Part shown: positions 11,501 through 20,500 of the stretch, piece after piece
Layout: the number at the start of each line of letters is the position of its first letter
Numbering within the stretch: position 1 is the stretch's first letter
From: an uncultured Clostridia bacterium
Lineage (GTDB): Bacteria > Bacillota > Clostridia > Christensenellales > UBA1242
Length of the DNA stretch: 48,304 nt
Assembly: GCA_947598785.1 (NCBI GenBank)
Contig: CANQFL010000002.1
Span: 1 to 48,304 of the forward strand
Direction of reading: 5' to 3'
Notes under the pieces: generated by a model
What the model saw: the letters and a program-made list of their open reading frames with translations, nothing else
Told to the model about the DNA's origin: nothing
Database searches by the model: none
Program-made: the position numbers and the translations under genes

Positions 11501-14500
11501 AATATTTAGGTCTAAAATTCTTGAACCTTCATCTAAGGTTTCACATAAAGGTCTGTCAGTAATAATTCCGACATCATCACCTACTTTTCCACCATATTCA
11601 CTATCATTTTTAACAGTTCCAAGTTCAGTTCCTGAAATTTCCATATATGAATTATATGAAATTAAAGTACCTTTAAAATTACCTAAAATGCTATTTCTAT
11701 TATTTCCATTTTTACGAGAATTTAATATTCCCAATAATTCTGAATTTTCTTGTGTATTTGCAATCATATTAGGAATATCAATATCTTGACAAGCAATATT
11801 AGAAGGGTCGTCTGGATTAATTCTTCCTCTTACAACAACAGTTCTTTGAGGGTTTTGTATCAAATCAGATAATACCTCAAGAGTACTTTTTATAGTCGCA
11901 TCCCAGAATTTTATATCTAATGTTTCAAAAAGTTCAATATAAGGGAAAAGTTCATCTTGGTTATGTTGCCAATAATTTGTTGACCAATCATTTGAAAGGA
12001 AATAGCTTTCAAATCTTCTGTATGCTTTTTGCATTGAATTCATATTATCTGTACCAATATGAACTGCCTTAATAAAGTTATAATATTTTTCGAGAGTATA
12101 GTTGGTTGAACTTTTAACAAAACCGAATTCATTTAATTCAATGTTAACAGCATTTGTATTGCTTCCAATTTGAATGCTGTAATAACCACCAACAGTCATT
12201 TCATTGCTTATATCATCAGCAAAACTGCTAGTTACATTGTAAAAATTATTATTTGCGCCAATGATATAGACTGGTGAAGACATTGGAGTTTTAATCACAT
12301 TTTCATAAGTGTTATCTTCACCTTTCTTATAATAATCATTTCTTGAATTTACATTATATTTCAAATAATGTCCTACAAACATGAAATGGTTATCACTTAA
12401 TCCTTTTCTAGTTGCTTCGTCAATTTTACTATTATCACCCAAAAGTTTAGCGTTTGTGCTTGTACCAGTATAAGAATAATAGTTCATAGTCATAACATAT
12501 TTCATTGCTATAGAAGGTGTTGAATTTTCAGTATCTTGACCTATTGCACCGATTAAACCTGCACTTGCGCCATTTTCTCCATCAATATAAAGGTCGCCAG
12601 AAGAATAAACCTCGTCAAAATACACATTGACAAAGATATCATTATTGCTTATTGCAGTTAATTGGAATGCGTTTTTAGTATAACCTACTGCTCCAACAAT
12701 ACCACCAGCAGCGAGTGTTTGATTAGAGTGAGAAATGACATTGAGTTTGCTATAACCAACATTAATAAATCCACCACCCATAAAGCCTACAAGACCACCG
12801 ATAAATAGAGGGTCATTATATCTTTCAGAAAATAGGATATCATTTTTTGTATAAGAGAATATGCTTTGTTGACCTCTTATTGCACTAGCATAAGATTGAT
12901 AATAAGCATTTTCATTTTGTTCAATTTCTAGTTGAATAGTATCTGAATAACTTGCAGAAACAGCGAACAAACCACCATAATTTTCACCAATAAGTCCACC
13001 TGCAAATAAGTTTTTACTTGTAATATAAGAAGGATTGATAATTCTGCCATCTTCGTTCAAATTTCCATCAGAAGAATTTAACTTTAATTCTGCATCATAG
13101 ATGTAAGTTGAATCTCCGACATAACCAAACAAACCACCAGCAATTTCTGCGTAAACGTTAACAGTATCATAAGCATGGACTTTAATTAAGTCATAGTCAC
13201 TCATTTCCAAACTTTTATCATATTTAACATATTGATTGCTTGTTAAATCATAAACATCGACATAGCCGATAATACCACCTGCATAAGAAAGTTGTTTAAC
13301 ATTATTTATCAACGAACTTCTGCTTTGAGCAAGGTTACGAAGTGTTTCTCCAACATATTGTTTATTGCTATAAATAGTTTTAGCATTATCATAGAATGAA
13401 GTGAACACATCTGCATTTGTGACTGTTACATCAATCAAGCTACTTTCGCCAAATAGCATACCGATAAGACCACCTACAACATTATTACCTTGAATAGGTG
13501 ACTCATATCCCTTATCATTAATTTTTCTTCCTTCAAGAGTAAGAGAAGTAGCGACAATTCTACTGTTTACAGCAGTACCAGCCAAAGTTCCAACAATATT
13601 TGCCTGTGAGTCATGGATAGATTTAACAGTGAAATCAATATTCATAACACGAGCATGATATAGACTAGCGAAAAGTCCAAAGTTTTCGTAATTTTTATTA
13701 CTACCAAGTTCAATGTTTGAAATAGTAAAGCCATTACCGTCTAAAATGCCGTTTAGGAATGTCTTTTCGAATGTAGTAAGAATAATTTTATTATCTCCAG
13801 ATTGATCTTGGTCAATTTCAGACAAATCAATATTATCTACAATTCTATAATTACCAAAAACAGTAGTGTTATCATAATATTCTCTATACGAAGCAATAGG
13901 AATTGTTCCGGCATTACCTGTTGCTTTGGCAAATTCTTCAGCGCTTCTTATTATAATAGGATTTTTGATACTACCATAAGATAAGTCTGTAAGAATCATA
14001 GTGTTAAGATTTACAATACTTCTATTGTAATAAACATGAGTGACACCATTTTCATCTGTAGATGCACTTCTATTTGATAAAGCAATTTTGTTTGCACTGA
14101 CAAGTGTTATTCCATTGTTAGATTTTGTCCAAATTCCATCATAAGAATCTTCATCTGAAGCAAAACTGAAACCATAAAATACATCTTGAGGATTGTTTGA
14201 AAGTCCAATATGAGTTACAGATTTAGTTCCTGATTCAAGTTTCATTTGATTTGTAGGGTCTTCACCTTCAATATCGTAGAAATAGCAGAAACTTATAGTT
14301 CCGTTGTTTAAACTACTTCCATCATAACTAATAGCAGAGAAAGGCATTTGACTTATATCAGTTTGTTTGATGAAGCAAGCTGAATAACACAAAGAAATTT
14401 CTGCGCCCGTTTCATTTGTATAAACAAAACCACTAGCAAAAGTTGGCATATTTGTTATAGCGATGTTAGAATAAGAATTTTTAATTTTTCCACTGTTTTG

Positions 14501-17500
14501 ATAAACAAAACCACTTATATACCCTATTGCATCAATAGAACTTAAAGTATTTTGAAAATTTTTTCTATCTGAACCATTATTTGCTTCTTTTTGTCCTTCA
14601 ATGTAACTTGACTGAATACTATTTGTATTTTGTAATACAAAACCAGCAGTACGAGAAGATGATGAGAGGATTTGGTTATAAATTTGAACTTCACTTACAA
14701 AACAAGCACTTATATATCCACTATTAATTCCTGCAAAACCAGCGACATCACCCTGCCCTTGAATAACAAACCTATGGCCAATGTTTTGAGTTGCAATGAA
14801 ATTAGTTGAGCCATTAATTACAATATGTTCAAAACTAGAACCACCAACACGACTGTTCATGATTGATTTATTGTTAGTTCCAACAAAACCATAAACAGAA
14901 CTTGTGATATCTTCTCTTTGCATTTGATAATAATCGTTGTTAACACCTTTTGTATAACGAACGACTAAACCTGCATAATTTTCATCATTAAGTTTATATA
15001 AGTTGAAATTTTTATCATAATAAGCAACGACATCACAATTATAAATAATTCCGTTATTTTGTAAAGCAAAACCAGCAATATTGACTGTCTTATATTGATT
15101 TGTATTTACAGTAATTTGTCCACCATTATAAATATTAACTCTTATATTTTTCAAAGTTGTAGTTTCAACAATATTATTAAATAAAGCAAGATTTAAAGCA
15201 GATTCAGTTTGAGTAGCAAAACTATTCAAATGGATTGTAAAACCATTACCGTCAAAGCTTCTAATATTAGTTGTAGTTTTTATAGGAGTGTAATTTTCAA
15301 GAGCAATATCATTCATAAGAATGTAATCTTGATTAGTATCATTTGAATTTTCCATTGCAATAAAATCTTCAGCAGTATAAACAGGTTTTGGAGAATCTTC
15401 ATCGGTATAAAGTTCGACAATGATATAGAAATAGTAATCATATACCATTTCAACATCTTGGCAAATGATAGTCGTTCTAAGTTTCATAAGTTGACTACCT
15501 TCGCTATTTCCTGTTACATTTAAATAACTGCCTGTTTCATCCATAGAAACAGTATAAAAATCCTTAGTATTTGTTGTATGATTTGTTGAATTATATACTT
15601 TTGTTGAAATTCCAGAATTTTTATCAACTTCATAAAGTTGTTCAATCAAAGAAAGCTTTTTATAAGAACCATTTTGTCTATCATAAGCATAATTGATATA
15701 ATATTTTGCTTTAGCGTCTTCATAACTATAATCTGTCAAGAAATCATCTTGTTTTTGTTTAATTTCTTCAACAGCTTGAACATCAAAATTGTTATTTTTA
15801 TCATAAATAATATCATTAAAAGGATAATTAATTTTTAAAGCATCACGGTGAGAAATATACGCATAGTAAATGCCCACATTTCTATTTTCACCATCTATAA
15901 CTTCATTTACAGTTCCACCATTTTGAAGACTGATGTTATCTGTATCAATAGTAAAATCGACTAAAATAACAGTAACACGACTATACTTTGTTTCTACTTT
16001 GTTATTGATTGTTCTTTGAACATAAGCATAAACATAGAAGATTCCACTATCTAAACCATTAGTTCCCCCAGCAACTTTAGCATCAACATAAGCAGTAAGA
16101 ACAGAAGTGTAAATTCTTTTTCCATTTTCTGGTCTTTCAGTTGTTCCAGAAAGACTTATATTTGTTTGTGTATGTCTTAAAACCAATTCAGTAAGTTCTT
16201 GTTTTTCATCTAATTCAATCGTAATGGTTGCACTTGAACCTTTTGCTAGTAAGTATGTTGATTTTCCTTCAATTTTTATATTAGCTTCAGCCAAACTGTC
16301 AACATTGATATGAGAAGTTACCTGTTTTAAAATTGTAGAGCCATTATAATAAGTTGCAGTCAAAACAACTGAACTGCCTGTGGTAAATGAACTTGAAAGA
16401 TACATTCTAAAGAAATATACCCCATTACCAACTTTATCATTATTTGAGATATCTACTCTAATTCCATCAACAATATTAGAAGTATATAAAGAAGTTGAAT
16501 AATAACCATAGTTAGAATTATAAAGCAATCTTGATAAAGTAACACTACCAACTTTTGAATCATTTTCAGCATTGAGAGAATAAGTAAGTGTAAAATGTGT
16601 CATAACAGCAAAAGCAGGTGTTGCAGTAATAGCAATAATAGATTCTGAACTTGGTGTCAACACACTTGTACTTGCACTTTCAGGTGTTAAATATAATATC
16701 GAATTAAAAAGTTCTCTATCTTCAATACTATAAACAGAAATAGAAACATTTTGTAATTCTTGAGTTCTAACAACCAAATTTATTTTTTGAACAAAATTTT
16801 CATTTGATTTTTGACTTAAAGCATTTATTAAAATTTTAAGATTTTGGTAATCATGATTGATTCTATGTCTATAATCATCAAAAACCTTAACAGTAACTCT
16901 AAAGTGATATAAGCCTGTTTCAGTAATAGTTTTTATCCAATTAAAATCAATATAAAGGTTTTCATCAACTTTAAATAAAGCCCTATTTTCTTCTTCAACT
17001 TCAATTTGTGTTGTATTTATATCATTATAAGTTAGTCCAATTAAAATGTTATCTTGTATATTATCACTTTTTAATTCAACATCAAAAGTGCTATATTTTG
17101 CTGCTTTAATTTCAATGGTATCTGGTCTTACAATAAGATTTGTTGCTCCTTCAAAAACAGAAACAGCAAAAGATAAATTTCTCATTTCTTTGATTTTTTC
17201 ACCATATTGACTTAAACCATCTCCATTTTTCATGATAGGTAAATTGAGATATAAGTAAGTGTTGATAGTTGTAATGCTATTATTACTATGGCACGCATTT
17301 CCACTCAAAGAGAGAATACTGCTATCTTCAGAAATGATAACATATTTTTCATTATAAGAATTAGACTCATTTGTTATTCCATATTTAATTTCATAGAGTT
17401 GTTCATTAGTGGCTGTTTCAAATCTCTCATATCCGAGTGTAATAGAATTGTCATAAGTATAAACAATTTGTCTTGATTTTGTTCTTTGAAGCATAAGAAC

Positions 17501-20500
17501 ATTTCCATCATCAAGTTGTGTATCTTCAATAGTTGTGATAAGAGAAGGTAAATTATTCAAAATAATTAATTTAAATTGTTTATTTTTTTCATAATTCATT
17601 TTAGAATAAACAGTCAATGTAAATTCAGTTTGATTAATACCTTGAACAATAATTGAGTTAGTTCCAATTGTAATATTTTTGTTATCAGCCATTACAACCA
17701 AACTTTTAGCTTCTTTGTCTGTAATGCCAAACAAATCTGATATAGAAATTGTATTTAATGATAATAATTCAAATTTTTGAACATCAGTTAAACTAACATT
17801 TACATTATAGTAAAACAAAATACCACTTGAAGAATCTGCGCCTACAGATAAAACTTTAATAGGGTCAGTAATATCTTGAATTTTAACTTTTTCAAAATCA
17901 ACTGAAGAGCTTTGTTGAACATTTTTTAAATACATATAACCGAAATTGATAGAATCATCAATAGAAGTCAATTGCCAAATATTTTCATCTAAATTTTTAA
18001 CAACATTTTCCCATTCGCTTCCTGTATTTTGAGATAAAGTAAAGCTTGTGTCACGAATTGCAGTAACTATTTCTGAGATATAAATTTTGGTTGAGTATGA
18101 ATTATTTTTCTTGAAAGAAATGTATGAATTTGAAATAGTAACATTATTATTTGAACCAACAGTTCTTCCTAATGCAGCAGAAGTTGTGCCAAGAAAAACA
18201 AAACTTTCATTTATGGTTGAATTAGAATCAAATGCTCCTATAAATGCCCCTACATAACTAGACACATCTCCCACCAATACACTGTTCAATTCATCTTCCA
18301 TTGAATAAGCATATGCGTAAGAGCCAGATATTCGACTTCTGTTACCGGCCAATCCAACTAAACCACCAAGATAACTATTTTTTCCTATAGTCAAAAAATT
18401 GGTTTTTCCTTCTTGCAATTTATAGAATTCAAATCCACAATTTTCAATTTGTCCAACATTATGTCCGACAAATCCACCTAAATATGAATAGCAGTTCAAA
18501 GCCTTAATATCAAGTCCGAAAATATATGAATTTCTAATAATACCCGTTGAAGTATTGTATCCAACAAATCCACCCACTTTAACAAACTGAGCATCTTCTT
18601 TTAAAGTTGAAGATGAAACCAAAGTGCTTCCGTTATATTTTCTAACACCATTAGAAGAATAATAACCATCAATATATACATTTTCAATAATTCCAGAATT
18701 TCGTCTAGCAATAAAGCCAAGTTCTTCTGAATCTGAAGTTACATTGCCAGCAAAAGTCAAGTTTTTAATCGTACCAATATTCAAACCATTTCTGTCAATA
18801 TTTTTCATGAAACTTTCACTTTCTTCTCCAAGTAAAGTGATTGTTTTATTTCCATCAGCCCCAAAAATAGAACCAGTAAAGCTATCAAAATTAAATCCTT
18901 TCCAATTATTTAAAGTGATATCGTTCATAACGCAATAGTGTTTTGCAGAATCCATTTTTAACAAACCATTTTCATCATAGATTCTGATTGCAGTTTCATC
19001 AGAACTTCCGTCAGCAACAGAAATTTCAATTTTTAAAATTATGTCACGATAATATACTTTTTGACCATTGTTATAAAAATAATTATTTATGTAAAATTGT
19101 TCTCCAGAATCTAAAACAACTAATTTGTCATCATCATGAGTTGAATCATCTGTACCAAAACTACCATTCAATATTAAATCATAATATTTATTAATACTTG
19201 CCAAAGGAATGTAATGAGGAATACCAACTAATTTTCCATTATCTTCAATATATTCATAGACTAAAATTTGCCTACCAGACCTAGATTTAACCATATCATT
19301 TGGTAAAAGATAAAGGTAACCTTGCCCACCATTTTTTTGATTTAAATCAATATGAAGATTAAATGTTTGAGAAGTACTATCTGGAATCAAATCAAAATAA
19401 TTTCCATTTCCGTAATTAGAATGATAGTAATAAGCCAATTTTGTATCATAAGCCTTAGCAGGTGAAGTTATAGTTGAAATAATAAATGATTTTTCACTTG
19501 GGTCATTTGAAGATGTATTAAGGTAAACATCTCCATTGATAGTTTTATTTAACCATGTAACCTTGCTAACACGCATTTCATTTCTTATTTCAATTTGAAC
19601 TTCAGCATCTCTAAAGAATTCATTTCCACCAAAATTTTGAGTATAAGTTATGCGTAAAATATCTACTATTGATTCAGCATCAATATCTTTAGTTGAGAGA
19701 GCAGTAATTCTAAATACCAAGGTAGTTCCATTGTTGATAAATCTTATATTGTCAATTCTGTAATAACCATTTTCTTTAATAGAACCTTCCAAAGAACCTG
19801 TTGTTTTCTCAGTATCAGTTGTAAATTCAAAGCCTTCACTAGGGATTAGTTCTATGTTATTAACATATTTAGGAGTTTGAGAATCAGGTCTAAATGTTAC
19901 AGAAATTTCAACCATTGACCTAGACATATCAGACGAACTTAAAGTTTGTTCAGTGTAAAGAACAACAGTATTTATATTTGGTCTAACATATTTTACAGAA
20001 TAAAAACTTTCTAACGCGAATAATCTAACAAGTTTAATTGGATTGTGATTTTCATCAAAAACATTAAATATTACTGCAACATAACCTTTAAAGTCATTAG
20101 AAGTCAAAATCAATTTATTTTCTGAAATAGAAAAAGGTGTTTCAGGAGTGTTTGCATTTACAAAACTATAAAATGCTTGAGAAACAAACTCAGTTGAATC
20201 TGGTTTGTTAAACCATTCTTCTGCAACGCGTTTAGCCTCGTCCATATCTCCGGTTTCTAAAGAGAAAAGAACAAATTGAACAAACGCATCAAAACTCAAA
20301 TATCTAAATTCTATTTCTCCTTGTAAAGATTGATACTCAAAATTCAATGGTAAACTAGCGCCTGCTTCCAACATAAGTTTAGACAAAGATGAAGAAACAA
20401 TAGGTCCATTATCAATTTTGTTTGTTTCGTTATCAAAATAATAACCTTGGTCAGCATAAGTTTCAACATGAACATCACTAGAAGCTTTATCAGCATTTAC

